The notes under the pieces are model-generated. The model worked only from the letters and a program-made list of their open reading frames with translations. It made no database searches and had not been told where the DNA came from. Below, in pieces: positions 14,190-23,901 of a DNA stretch of 63,454 bases (position 1 is its first letter; each line of letters opens with the position of its first letter). Location of the stretch: the IMG/VR virus record IMGVR_UViG_3300046517_000593, positions 1 through 63,454 of that record. The stretch is one strand, 5' to 3'. This stretch comes from a virus. Made by a program: the position numbers and the translations under genes.

Positions 14190-15620
14190 CTACGGATACC
14201 GCCACTCCTCGCGCCACTTTGTATTCGTATAGTCCCAGCTAAGTTTTAGCATGTCACCATCAGTTGGTATCCAATCAGCAGAAAGAATCATATTGGTATC
14301 TGAAGCAAGAATTTTTCCGGCATTGACTCCAGTCCAGCGAAGCTTCAATTCCTGATTATCAAAATCAACAGAGCTAAGACTTGCCAATGAAAATCTGCGG
14401 TTGGATGCAACCGGATCATCTGATGACATCAGAAGAAAACTCGTGTTTCCGGATACATCGTAAACCACATTGTTTGACGTAATGATTTGGCTGGTTTTTG
14501 TAGAAGCAATAGCAAACGGCTTAATGGTTCCAGCAAACTGAATGATCCCGTCCGTGCTTTCTGCAATAGCCCCCTGTTCGAGTCTTCCAGTATTAATATT
14601 TCGACCATAATATCCAAAACTCAATCCAGATAAATCAGTAGCAGCAATCGCAGGATGACGCCACTCCTCTCGCCAGACGCCTGGCATTCCAAATGAACCA
14701 ATCGTAATTGCATCAAAACGTAAATGCAGCATGTCTCCTTCAATCGGAATCCAGTCGGCAGAAAGAATATGATTTGTATCCGTTTTAAGAATTTGGCCAG
14801 CATTAGTCCCATCCCAACGTAAAAGAAGTTCCTGATTATCAAAATCTATCCCTCCATTCGTAGCAAAAGAAAAATTACGATTCGACGCCGTCGCATCATC
14901 AGATGACATCACCAAATAGCTGTTGATTCCAAAAGGACTATAACTGAAATTGTTAGCCGTAATTAGGATATTGTTCCTATAGGGAGCGGTTGCGTAGGGT
15001 TTCAATGCGCCAAATACAGTAACGATAGCCGCCAAGGAAAATCCTGAAATAATTTCATTAACTGAGCTCTGCTCAAGTCCAGTCGATGAATCTTTCTTTG
15101 GGAAATAGGTCGCCGCTATGCCCGACAAATCAATCGGAGAAGGAAGCTGCATCGGCCCGAACACGAGCCCAGTCACATTCAAAATCACCGGGTCGCCGGT
15201 AATAAGTTGCCAAGTGGTTCCCTCGTTCACGGATCCATCAGTAATCGAAGTCTGAATCCCGTGAAGCATTTCGTTCGAAGCATCAACATCAGTGGTCCTC
15301 TTGAGTATCCAGGGCGTTCCACCGTCACCTAAATGAATCACAGAGTAGAAACCATTCTTCTCGGTCGCAGCTTCGTCCTTAACCAAGATTCTATCTCCGA
15401 CTGCGATATCGGTTGCTCCGTCTATACCTACTCCATTCAGATTTCCGTTAACGTCTGCAATGAGTCGATTTCCAGGATGATGATTTGCCGGAAGCGCGGC
15501 CGTGGTAGCTAGTCGGCATTTACCTGCGTAAAGGAGTGCTCGCGTTTCAAGTGCGTTAAAGTTGCGTTGTGCAACTGTAGCCCCGTTTCTCGCTAGCTCT
15601 ATTTCGTCAAGAATGCTCAT
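14190..15620 (-). CDS. tail fibre protein with a duplicated C-terminal domain
   Basis: N-terminal GDRILVKDEAATEKNGFYSV...W.L.R..D.D...E fibre-type motif. Two units of about 150 aa each end in SADWIP..GDML.L....WREEWR.P. Confidence 0.65.
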   Translation of the reverse strand: MSILDEIELARNGATVAQRNFNALETRALLYAGKCRLATTAALPANHHPGNRLIADVNGNLNGVGIDGATDIAVGDRILVKDEAATEKNGFYSVIHLGDGGTPWILKRTTDVDASNEMLHGIQTSITDGSVNEGTTWQLITGDPVILNVTGLVFGPMQLPSPIDLSGIAATYFPKKDSSTGLEQSSVNEIISGFSLAAIVTVFGALKPYATAPYRNNILITANNFSYSPFGINSYLVMSSDDATASNRNFSFATNGGIDFDNQELLLRWDGTNAGQILKTDTNHILSADWIPIEGDMLHLRFDAITIGSFGMPGVWREEWRHPAIAATDLSGLSFGYYGRNINTGRLEQGAIAESTDGIIQFAGTIKPFAIASTKTSQIITSNNVVYDVSGNTSFLLMSSDDPVASNRRFSLASLSSVDFDNQELKLRWTGVNAGKILASDTNMILSADWIPTDGDMLKLSWDYTNTKWREEWRYP

Positions 15621-15805
15621 TTTGCTTTTCGATACGCTTCGATAATCAAAGCCCGACTCACTGCCTCAGCAGCAATGTTCCAAGCTTCCCGAATCTCATC
15701 CGTGCTCTGCTTCCATTTCGGAAGCCAGAGTCCAGTAACCAAGCTTCTATGCCTTGTCTTTTTACAATAGGCTTCGTAAGCAATCTGTCCTAGCGATTTT
15801 TTCAT
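15617..15805 (-). CDS. hypothetical protein
   Basis: 62 aa with a 4-nt overlap upstream. Confidence 0.5.
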   Translation of the reverse strand: MKKSLGQIAYEAYCKKTRHRSLVTGLWLPKWKQSTDEIREAWNIAAEAVSRALIIEAYRKAK

Positions 15806-15808
15806 GCG

Positions 15809-18583
15809 TTATACTTTGTCGATGAATATTTCATCGTAGTTAAGACTGACATTTCCCGAACCGTCACGAGAAAAAATTCTGAGCACTAAATCCACTTCAC
15901 CGAGATTCTCTACGATATCATCATTAGCTATGTCGTAACCGACTACGCTAGCGGCAGCACTCAAGGCGTAAATTGGAAATAAATCTGGATAGCTTGGAGT
16001 GGGGTCGCTTTGCTTTCGGAACTCAAGCTGCCACAAATCAGGAATAAAAGCCTGATTAAAATCTGCGCTTCCATCGTCGCGATTAACCGGAGTCCACTTA
16101 ACATGTATGTCATCTCCGGTTGAATATTCAGCATGCGCGGATTCATAATGCAGGACTCCATTCACCTGAAGATTGCGAGGCTTCCAAGGCCGCTTAGCTC
16201 GGTCCACAAACGTCAACGAAAACTCATCGGCTAAAGAAAGGTCCAACGCCGCTCCAGCGGCCATCGTTTGGATCCTGAATGCCTCAACGTCTCCAGCAGC
16301 ATCCGGGTTTCCGGTAATCACCGACTGCGCAATCATTCCACCCGAATAAACGATATAGCAAATGTCTCCAGCATTGTGCTGAAAACGCTTTGTATCGTAT
16401 CGCTCTCGAATCGCACTCATCGACCATGTGTTCGAAGGACCATCAACCAAGTTGGTCGAATGGATGCTCATTATCTCATCGCCAATAATCAGCAAAATAG
16501 AATCTGCCGAGCCTTGTTCGGGTGTCACCTGTGGAAGCAACCGCGTGATATCGCTATCGCCATCAATCGAAACTGATACCTGCTCCTCGGTTAAACCGAT
16601 AGTCGTCGAAAGCACCCCAAAGAAATCAACCGTGCTTCCAATCGGCAATGGCCTAAGCATCCCGTCATTCACGTAGGGCACATAACTAGTCACTGACGCC
16701 GGCCAACGGAATAGAAAGGCAACATAGGGCTTTTCTCCTTTGGTCTTAAAAAAAGGAATCTCAAAGGCTAGCTCATTCGTCGCCGGATTAGCAACTGGCG
16801 TGCTGCCGATTGGAGGAAGTGGAGTCGGATGGAAAGAATAACCGCCATCAATCACAAAGCCTCGGTCCACCTCGAACGTAATCGTTGCCACGGGTTGATA
16901 CGGGTCTTCGACTGAAATTTCCAGCACGCGCCCATACAGTCGGCACATATTATAGTGGTTCCAAGAAAGCTTTAGACCACCTCCAACCTGCAACCCTCTA
17001 AGCTTGGACTTGCGCACTCGAATAGTTCCTTGCGTGCGTGGAATTGCCTGCATAAAAGCTGCATTCTTCGCAATCGAATCAGCCAAAATCTGTTGAGTCA
17101 CCATTGGCCTATCGAGAGTCAACGTCTGAGGCTCGCCTGTGATTTGAAAATTCCCAAGATCTGGAGCCGGAGCCGCGTCGTCATTCCAATTCGCATCGCG
17201 ATTCTTAAACGTGACGTAAACGAAATTGTAAGTCTTGCTCCAGCTATCGGGGCTCAATGATGGAGGATCAACCAAACATGTTTCGTCAAACTCAATAACC
17301 TCCGGGTCAGCGCAACCAATCTCGCGAGCCAGACCAATAGCAAATTCACCACTTGGCAGAATCGTGTAATACCCGTCAAAGTTTTCGAGTAATTTAACGA
17401 TGGAAGTTTTCAAATCCTCCTGGCGCGTGAATACCGGACTGATTCCAAAATCGGCATAGCCTTGAAGTGCTGAGAAAACTTGAAAGAACTCGTGACTGCT
17501 CAATCGATTTACGCTCTGGCCTGCTCCATACCTGGTATTTGTCAGCGCGTCTGAAACGCAATTCGACATATTGATATCGTCGCCGAGATTTGGACTCACC
17601 GGCAATGAAAAGAAAGTGTCTGGGTATCGACCCACAACCACCTCAATATTCTGAAGATTAGTTTTCTGGTAACCAAATCCCATTCCTCGACGGTGGTCGA
17701 AATCGGTTGCTCCGCCATGACTACCGGTGGCCACTACGTAGCATTGGCCAATGTAAGCCGAATGGTCTTGCTCGGAGTTATCGTAGCTTCGTGGTCCACC
17801 ACTGCGGCCATCGTTCGGAGAAGGCATCCGGTAATCACGGTCTGAGGCTAGCTTAAGCAGGTCCGGATCGAAGTCTTGAGTTTCAGTTCCCCAGTAAAGT
17901 TTCCAAAGAATTTGATTCGGCACATTTTTGGAACGCATCGTCATTTCAACCCATGACTGAGAACCGATAACAGCCGTTGCCTTAGCCCCTGAGCCAGCGC
18001 CAAACAATCCATCAATTTGTATCATCGGTGGAAGTGTGTAGCCTTCACCTTGTTTCATCACCGCGATATGAGTCACGCGCCCATTGTTCACAATCGCTCT
18101 GCCAACAGCGCCAATCCCTGTAACGTCTCCAGCCGCATTTTTGAAAGTGATTTTTGTTCTCTCAACGAACGTAAAGTTTTCGTCGTAAGTGTTCGGTTGA
18201 TACCCTTGCCCTCCGTCGGTAATTTTGACGTAAGCAACCTTGTCAACCATTGTGTCCCTGACTATCCGTCCGGGGCTGATAAATTCATTCGTGTCAAGAT
18301 AAGCCCCTTCGAAAATGTCAACTGGACCGTGACCAATGAGAAATGCGATTTTAGAAAAATAATAGTATCCGACTACTATCGAGTCTTTGCCTGTATCCTG
18401 CGTGCGAGGCAAATAGTAGGCATCGAAAGCATCGCTGAGAAAAGTTACTCCCATCCTTTGCTTACCGTAAAGAACGGGAACCGGACGCGCCTGTTGATTC
18501 GTCGAAAGCTGAGTAGGACCTATGCCAAGCGAAGACTGGTCTGGCTCAGGCAGCTTTGCTGTATGACCAGAACCGAAGCTCAC
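15809..18583 (-). CDS. host-specificity / central tail tip protein (lambda J, GTA g15-like)
   Basis: 924 aa. N-terminal RPVPVLYGKQRMGVTFL is typical of Phage-tail_3 proteins. It follows an NlpC/P60 gene, as in lambda K-I-J. Confidence 0.65.
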   Translation of the reverse strand: MSFGSGHTAKLPEPDQSSLGIGPTQLSTNQQARPVPVLYGKQRMGVTFLSDAFDAYYLPRTQDTGKDSIVVGYYYFSKIAFLIGHGPVDIFEGAYLDTNEFISPGRIVRDTMVDKVAYVKITDGGQGYQPNTYDENFTFVERTKITFKNAAGDVTGIGAVGRAIVNNGRVTHIAVMKQGEGYTLPPMIQIDGLFGAGSGAKATAVIGSQSWVEMTMRSKNVPNQILWKLYWGTETQDFDPDLLKLASDRDYRMPSPNDGRSGGPRSYDNSEQDHSAYIGQCYVVATGSHGGATDFDHRRGMGFGYQKTNLQNIEVVVGRYPDTFFSLPVSPNLGDDINMSNCVSDALTNTRYGAGQSVNRLSSHEFFQVFSALQGYADFGISPVFTRQEDLKTSIVKLLENFDGYYTILPSGEFAIGLAREIGCADPEVIEFDETCLVDPPSLSPDSWSKTYNFVYVTFKNRDANWNDDAAPAPDLGNFQITGEPQTLTLDRPMVTQQILADSIAKNAAFMQAIPRTQGTIRVRKSKLRGLQVGGGLKLSWNHYNMCRLYGRVLEISVEDPYQPVATITFEVDRGFVIDGGYSFHPTPLPPIGSTPVANPATNELAFEIPFFKTKGEKPYVAFLFRWPASVTSYVPYVNDGMLRPLPIGSTVDFFGVLSTTIGLTEEQVSVSIDGDSDITRLLPQVTPEQGSADSILLIIGDEIMSIHSTNLVDGPSNTWSMSAIRERYDTKRFQHNAGDICYIVYSGGMIAQSVITGNPDAAGDVEAFRIQTMAAGAALDLSLADEFSLTFVDRAKRPWKPRNLQVNGVLHYESAHAEYSTGDDIHVKWTPVNRDDGSADFNQAFIPDLWQLEFRKQSDPTPSYPDLFPIYALSAAASVVGYDIANDDIVENLGEVDLVLRIFSRDGSGNVSLNYDEIFIDKV

Positions 18584-18768
18584 TTCAACTTCTCCTCATA
18601 TTTAGGAAGCCACTTCTCGATTGCTGCAATAGCTTTCGGGCAATCTGCTTTGGCTACTCGAAGTGCATTCACGGTATTGTCTGATACCACTCCAGCGCTC
18701 TGCAAAGCATTCATAACCTTATCCCAATCCAAACGACGCTTTGCGATATGGAGAACGAGGCTATTCAT
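18580..18768 (-). CDS. hypothetical protein
   Basis: 62 aa with 4-nt overlaps at both ends. Confidence 0.5.
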   Translation of the reverse strand: MNSLVLHIAKRRLDWDKVMNALQSAGVVSDNTVNALRVAKADCPKAIAAIEKWLPKYEEKLK

Positions 18769-19229
18769 ACTTCTAGCGGTCGAAACACTCCGACTAATAA
18801 ATCGCGATACTGCCGGTCACTTAGCTCCGTCTCTATCGTTCCAAAATTCTGACGAGCTTGAATGAACTTATTCCCAATGGTCTTCACTCCGACATGATGC
18901 GAAACCCTGCCAGTTCTGAAAGTAAGCAAATCTCCAGGCAAAAACCCGAAACCAATATCGAGATTATCAACCCTCTTAAAAATTCCTTGCTCGATAATAG
19001 TTTGTTCAAGCAGAGAAGTGTTCAGTCTGCAACCTCCGTCCATCGTGTAATCAGGGAACCTGTCATCAATCAATAAACCGCAAGCCTGGTAAATCTCCGA
19101 AGCCAAATGCACGCAATCAACCCCGTATCCTCGCGCATGCGCGTGATGACAAAATGGAGTCCCAAGCCACAAGTAAGCCTCGTGAATCAGCTTCTCGATT
19201 CGTTCGCGTGTTGAAAAGAAGTGGATCAT
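18765..19229 (-). CDS. NlpC/P60-family tail protein (lambda K / GTA g14-like)
   Basis: YGVDCVHLASEIYQACG ... PGDLLTFRTGRVSHHVGV gives the Cys...His catalytic pattern. Confidence 0.7.
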   Translation of the reverse strand: MIHFFSTRERIEKLIHEAYLWLGTPFCHHAHARGYGVDCVHLASEIYQACGLLIDDRFPDYTMDGGCRLNTSLLEQTIIEQGIFKRVDNLDIGFGFLPGDLLTFRTGRVSHHVGVKTIGNKFIQARQNFGTIETELSDRQYRDLLVGVFRPLEV

Positions 19230-19236
19230 TTGATCC
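19223..19236 (+). repeat. 14-bp palindrome GGATCATTTGATCC, copy 2 of 5
   Basis: Within the 22-nt cassette 19219-19240. It carries the ATG of 18765..19229. Confidence 0.9.
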
Positions 19237-19465
19237 CTTTAGCCCATTCAAGCCAAACCAAACCCTCGAAATAATCGGCAGCCTCTTTCCCAAGATTCAA
19301 AATTTGCTTCGCGCTTTCATCCGATAACCCAAATCCAATCGTAAGAGGTGAATCTGGCATCGGCCATCGATGCCTCAAAGCTTTCAACCAGTTTTCTCCA
19401 AATCTGGATTTAGCCACCGGAACCAATACACCAAGAAAAATATTTGCTATAGCTTGCGGCCTCAT
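19226..19465 (-). CDS. hypothetical tail-module protein
   Basis: Start trimmed to the ATG at 19465, which overlaps the upstream TGA (ATGA). Confidence 0.5.
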   Translation of the reverse strand: MRPQAIANIFLGVLVPVAKSRFGENWLKALRHRWPMPDSPLTIGFGLSDESAKQILNLGKEAADYFEGLVWLEWAKGIK

Positions 19466-19812
19466 ATTGGTTTCTGCCCTTGACCATCCCATAGCTTTGC
19501 ATGACCTGATTTAATCATTTCCTGAGCAAAGTCTATATCTTCCTTGAAGATTATATCAGCCAACACTCTTCCAAACTTTTCAGTCTGGCCCAACAGCTTC
19601 TTGGAAACGATTGTTACCGAGTCTCCTTGATGAAGTAAAGTCTCAGCAAATGCTTTCGCAGCTTTTCCTTCCGATGTGTTTTTCTCTGGAGCGTTAATCC
19701 CATCAACCCTAACTGCCGTTTGAATCTGAACGCACCAGCCTAAGTCGCATTGACAAATTATGGTATCACCATCAATCACCCGAGTTACATAGGCTGGCAC
19801 TGTCCAAGTCAT
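19462..19812 (-). CDS. staphylococcal-nuclease (SNase/thermonuclease)-like protein
   Basis: VTRVIDGDTI...VRVDGINAPE...GKAAKAF...EKFGRVLADI...MIKSGHAKLW. The start is uncertain (ATG at 19812 or TTG at 19857). Confidence 0.65.
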   Translation of the reverse strand: MTWTVPAYVTRVIDGDTIICQCDLGWCVQIQTAVRVDGINAPEKNTSEGKAAKAFAETLLHQGDSVTIVSKKLLGQTEKFGRVLADIIFKEDIDFAQEMIKSGHAKLWDGQGQKPI

Positions 19813-19930
19813 AGCGTGTTTTTCAGCGGATGCGGCCCCCGCTGGTCGTTGAAACAACCCGTTCGTAGGATTACTGATGATACCAGGGTCAATATTCCAA
19901 TATGTAGGTCCATGTCCACATCACCTCCAT

Positions 19931-21676
19931 TCATTTCTTATTTCCCGAAGCATCGTTCGGAGTAATTGCTTTCAGTGAAGGATTGTTCAACGGCGTAACG
20001 TGGCCACCGAATCGCCGGAAATTATTAAAGCCTTTACAAGACACAATGTGACCGTCGCATCCGGGATAAATCGAAGCCGGTTGACCTATCACGGCATGAT
20101 TCAATGGCATACTCAGCCTGAGAAAAATAACTCCAGCATCCTGAGCCGTGCTCTGCTTGATGCTTCGTATTTCGCGAGTAGGTCCAAAGCCTGTCACGAG
20201 AAATCCCTGACTGAATTTATTGAACAGCGCTCCATTGAATCGACCTTCGGTCGGACCACCTTGCGAGGCAACTTTGATAGGCCGCCCGGGAATAGGCTGC
20301 CCCAAGCTTCCACTGCCATCCACACGATACAGATTCACTTCGCAGCCGAAGTCCTCTTTCTTCACCTGGCAGTTAGCGTCATACACCGCATAATTGCACC
20401 GTGGCTGAATCAGGAATCGAGGAAACTTTCGGTTAATGCTTTCAAGGAATCCACTGCACTTTGCCGTAAGCATCTTCCCTTCAGCCGTTACCGTATCAAC
20501 TCGCCCATAGAAAATAACCTGCGCAGCGTTCGGCTGGTCGTAAGTTGTTTCGTAAATCGTGAGCCAAAGTGGAAACGGAAGCGCGAACGGAATAAAATAG
20601 GTCAACGGATTCGCCGCGTCCCACCACGATTTGACTTGAACGTCCGGTCTGTCAGCCGTCATCGAATACCGGAGCCCGCTGTGTTCGATTGGAAAGGTTG
20701 CAAACGTGTTCCCGAACGCAACGAAGTCAGAGTTCAAACCCGTGAAGCGAAAATACTGCCTATCATCGCCGGCATCGAAATAGTATTCGTAGAGGTAAAC
20801 CGGCATCAGCCCCGTCTCAATCTGAGCGTATTCAGTCGGAAGTTCAACCACTGAAAACTGCCGAACTTGAACATTGTCAGCCTCGAATGAGCCTTGCTCC
20901 AGGTCATCAGACATCCGAACATAGAGCAGCTTCGCACAAATCCATGTCTGGTCGATTACTGGAGACATCGGAGCTGTAAGCGTCACCGTCTCGCGTCCGG
21001 TGCCTATAACCGAAAGCTGAACGTTTTGAATCTCTGCATACTGGTCAACGTGTCCCGGCAACGAAAACACAAGATGCGTGCTCGGATGGTCCAAAAAGTA
21101 ACTCGTTAAGCCTTGTTCTTTTATTTCAAAACTCGTTGCAGACAATCCTCCAATTACCTCAAACGTCTCAAAAGGCGATGGCATCCAAAACCCATTCAAC
21201 CGACCTCGGAGTAATTCTGTGAACTGGTCGAATTGAGTTATCTTCGCTGACGTTTCCAACAATGCCGAAAAATCTATCCCCTGAATTGTGGCGCTCTGAA
21301 GCTGCTCATATCTCGGTAAAGCCAATCCGAGAAGCTTATCCCGAAGATTGTAAGCAAACTTTTTCTGAATCGCATTAGCCCAATTTCTATCCAACGTGTA
21401 AACCGGACGATTCAAATAATATTTTGCGGCCGCAATTAAACCCGAAGCTCGAAACAAAGTCGGAGCCGAAGCTTGAAGCCCTAGAATCTCCGTTAGTCTA
21501 CCAGTCGCCAAGGCCTCCGTGTCAGCTATTGCGGAAAGACTGTCCCGATATTCTAGGTCACCTGAAGAAAAGAACTGCGTCGAGATATTCGACGTTGGGT
21601 CAATGAAGCTCGTCGCTAGAAATCCCAGCGCAATAAACGCGGTCCTCGCATTCGCGCTGAAATCCACGATGGCCAT
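19931..21676 (-). CDS. tail tip protein, DUF2163/BR0599-like (GTA g13, lambda L-like position)
   Basis: 581 aa. RFTGLNSDFVAFGNTFATFPIEHSGL... and C-terminal IQPRCNYAVYDANCQV match the BR0599-type Cys pattern. Confidence 0.5.
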   Translation of the reverse strand: MAIVDFSANARTAFIALGFLATSFIDPTSNISTQFFSSGDLEYRDSLSAIADTEALATGRLTEILGLQASAPTLFRASGLIAAAKYYLNRPVYTLDRNWANAIQKKFAYNLRDKLLGLALPRYEQLQSATIQGIDFSALLETSAKITQFDQFTELLRGRLNGFWMPSPFETFEVIGGLSATSFEIKEQGLTSYFLDHPSTHLVFSLPGHVDQYAEIQNVQLSVIGTGRETVTLTAPMSPVIDQTWICAKLLYVRMSDDLEQGSFEADNVQVRQFSVVELPTEYAQIETGLMPVYLYEYYFDAGDDRQYFRFTGLNSDFVAFGNTFATFPIEHSGLRYSMTADRPDVQVKSWWDAANPLTYFIPFALPFPLWLTIYETTYDQPNAAQVIFYGRVDTVTAEGKMLTAKCSGFLESINRKFPRFLIQPRCNYAVYDANCQVKKEDFGCEVNLYRVDGSGSLGQPIPGRPIKVASQGGPTEGRFNGALFNKFSQGFLVTGFGPTREIRSIKQSTAQDAGVIFLRLSMPLNHAVIGQPASIYPGCDGHIVSCKGFNNFRRFGGHVTPLNNPSLKAITPNDASGNKK

Positions 21677-21677
21677 T

Positions 21678-22082
21678 TTAGCTCAGGCTGAAAACAAGTG
21701 TGTTACCAGTAAACCGAACCGTATCACCATTGAGCACAACTTTGGAAGCATTCACCGCAGCTTTGATTCTAAGATTGCCAACCGTCGCAGCATCGAACAA
21801 ACCGAAACCTATCACCGTTCCCCAATCAGCCGTTGCCGTTGGAAAAGTGAAGGTCACTCCATTTGAAATCACACCACCGGAAGCAACTGGAAAGTTTGTG
21901 CTGTTCGCAGTCACGGCAACGCGAGCATACGAACCTCCGGCCACCTCGACGCCTCCCGCCCCGTTGTCGTCAGGAAGCACCGTAAACAATCCGATATACC
22001 ACGTCACAGGAGGAGTGAAAGCCGCCGCTGCGAGAACGTGATTCAAGAGGATATTTTTGAAAGCCGTTACCATTGTTGCCAT
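21678..22082 (-). CDS. conserved phage tail-module protein, unknown function
   Basis: 134-aa Ala/Gly/Thr-rich beta protein. Confidence 0.55.
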   Translation of the reverse strand: MATMVTAFKNILLNHVLAAAAFTPPVTWYIGLFTVLPDDNGAGGVEVAGGSYARVAVTANSTNFPVASGGVISNGVTFTFPTATADWGTVIGFGLFDAATVGNLRIKAAVNASKVVLNGDTVRFTGNTLVFSLS

Positions 22083-22093
22083 AATTTTTCTTT

Positions 22094-23587
22094 CTACGTT
22101 GAGCAGTAGACTATTTCGACTGAAACATGACTACCGCCTAAAGTCACTATCCAAGTTCCATTCATCGCTGCACCGCTCTGCCAGTAGGTTCCAAATCCGT
22201 TCGGATTGATGGTCCAATAAAGGATGTTTCCAGACGCAACCAAGCCAGCTTGCCCGAATGCCTGAGTTGCTTTGCTCAGCATAAATGACAAATCATCACC
22301 AGGCGGCACCTCGGTTCCTCCGTGGCCCAAATCGTGTCCGGTTACATCGAAATCTCCATTCGCATCGTAAGTCGGATCAAAAATCAAAATCCCCATCGGA
22401 CAATTCGGAGGATTGTTCGAGTCATAGGGCAATACGCGAAGCTCACCGTCGAACGGAGGGTCTGGATAACAAACTTCAGCCGGACATGTCCCGGGAACTC
22501 CCACCGTTCCAGTCCCGACCGGTTCTTCAATGGTCAACTTACAATTCGCATGCCTCGTCGTGAGCGCATCCATATTACCTATGCTCAATCGTCCAAACAG
22601 TAAGGGATAAACAGTGGTCCCAACCGGCCAGTAACCAAGCAGTCGATGTCCAACGAAAGCAATCTGAGTCGCATCAGTCCCTTCCGTAAGCTGGATAACC
22701 TCATAAACCTTCTGATGAATCTCAACCGCATTAATGCTAGCCGTATTGTTCCCGCCAAGTATCGGAGTAAACTCGATTTGAATCATCCCGTCTTTGTCCG
22801 GTGTCACAACAGCCGAAAAAGCGATGGCCGTATCGTAGGCGCCTGCCGTCTGAAGCACCTCAACAAGTGCAATCGAAGTCCGGTCTACTCCAATAATATC
22901 GACTTTGAACTTCTGCCGATTCGCTCCGAGATTTATTGCGTGGTCGATTTGAGCCCAGTGCAAATGCACGCGACAAGGCAAACCCGGATTAAATCCTCCG
23001 ACTGACATGAACATAATGCCAGTTGAAACCCTAGCGGATTGATAAACAACTTGAGGCGGAGGTTCAGCAATCGGCGAACGGTCAATCGCTGCCCCGGTTG
23101 TAATCGAAGCTCCCGTATCAAAGTAAATCAAATCGCTCTCATAGCCGCTTACCGTCGGCCCACCACCGTTCAGATAAATCGAACGGTTCTCGAACCCGGT
23201 TGGAGTCTGAGTTGTGAAAAAAACATAGTCTCCTGCCTGCCATTTCCAGTAAGGATTCTCCAGGGTTAACCCGAAACCAAACGGCACACCAAGTCCCAAA
23301 GTTCCCCCTGTGGTTATGCTCTGTCGCGCCCAGAATGGCCCACAAGCTCTCCCAGTCTTCAAAGCCTCCAAGACTCGCGCCGTTAACCTCGCACGCTCCT
23401 GAAGCGATATTGCGAGAGTTTTATAGCTGATTTTTTGGTAGGATGTCGGAGTAGCCTGAGAACGGTCCTCGGCTGAAGTAACTCCTGCTGCAATCTGCGT
23501 ATCCCACTTCCTTGACCACTGAAATTTTTCAGACCAATCCGAATGGTGCGGAATCAAAACACAGTCGTTAATTTTCTCGACGCTCAT
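22094..23587 (-). CDS. distal tail protein (DUF2460-like position) with an inserted malectin-like carbohydrate-binding domain
   Basis: 497 aa. Residues 136-291 read LNGGG...VYQSARV...RVHLHWAQ...RQKFKVDIIG...ASINAVEI, matching malectin hallmarks. Confidence 0.55.
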   Translation of the reverse strand: MSVEKINDCVLIPHHSDWSEKFQWSRKWDTQIAAGVTSAEDRSQATPTSYQKISYKTLAISLQERARLTARVLEALKTGRACGPFWARQSITTGGTLGLGVPFGFGLTLENPYWKWQAGDYVFFTTQTPTGFENRSIYLNGGGPTVSGYESDLIYFDTGASITTGAAIDRSPIAEPPPQVVYQSARVSTGIMFMSVGGFNPGLPCRVHLHWAQIDHAINLGANRQKFKVDIIGVDRTSIALVEVLQTAGAYDTAIAFSAVVTPDKDGMIQIEFTPILGGNNTASINAVEIHQKVYEVIQLTEGTDATQIAFVGHRLLGYWPVGTTVYPLLFGRLSIGNMDALTTRHANCKLTIEEPVGTGTVGVPGTCPAEVCYPDPPFDGELRVLPYDSNNPPNCPMGILIFDPTYDANGDFDVTGHDLGHGGTEVPPGDDLSFMLSKATQAFGQAGLVASGNILYWTINPNGFGTYWQSGAAMNGTWIVTLGGSHVSVEIVYCST

Positions 23588-23670
23588 TCGTCAGATAAAA
23601 AACAGTCAGCCATCCAGCAAATCAAAGCCCATAAAAATAACGCGCAAGCCGTCACGTAATAATACCCAAT

Positions 23671-23901
23671 TTATATCTTTCCAGAGATCGGTGGCAATTT
23701 AGGAAATGCTTTCGCATCAATCACTACCGCCTTGCCGGTAAATCTATACACTTGCCCAAGATGACCTTCTTCACTTTCAACTATTTCATCCGTAGGTTCT
23801 AAATGTAGTGCGCATACATGATCTTTTTTACGTTCCCGAGAATCCGAAAGTTCATACCAATCAAGTCTTCCTTCTATTTTTATTACTATCCAATCATTCA
23901 T
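23671..23901 (-). CDS. hypothetical protein
   Basis: 76 aa with an ATGA overlap with the tape measure gene. Confidence 0.5.
   Translation of the reverse strand: MNDWIVIKIEGRLDWYELSDSRERKKDHVCALHLEPTDEIVESEEGHLGQVYRFTGKAVVIDAKAFPKLPPISGKI

Noticed and set aside
18017-18865. Long plus-strand ORFs (for example 18017..18865, 20000..20854, 31958..32689, 58837..59622, 3893..4423, 28082..28636)
   Set aside because: They lie entirely antisense to long minus-strand genes with clear motifs, have low-complexity or Ser/Arg/Cys/Leu-rich translations, and lack operon context. They are shadow ORFs.
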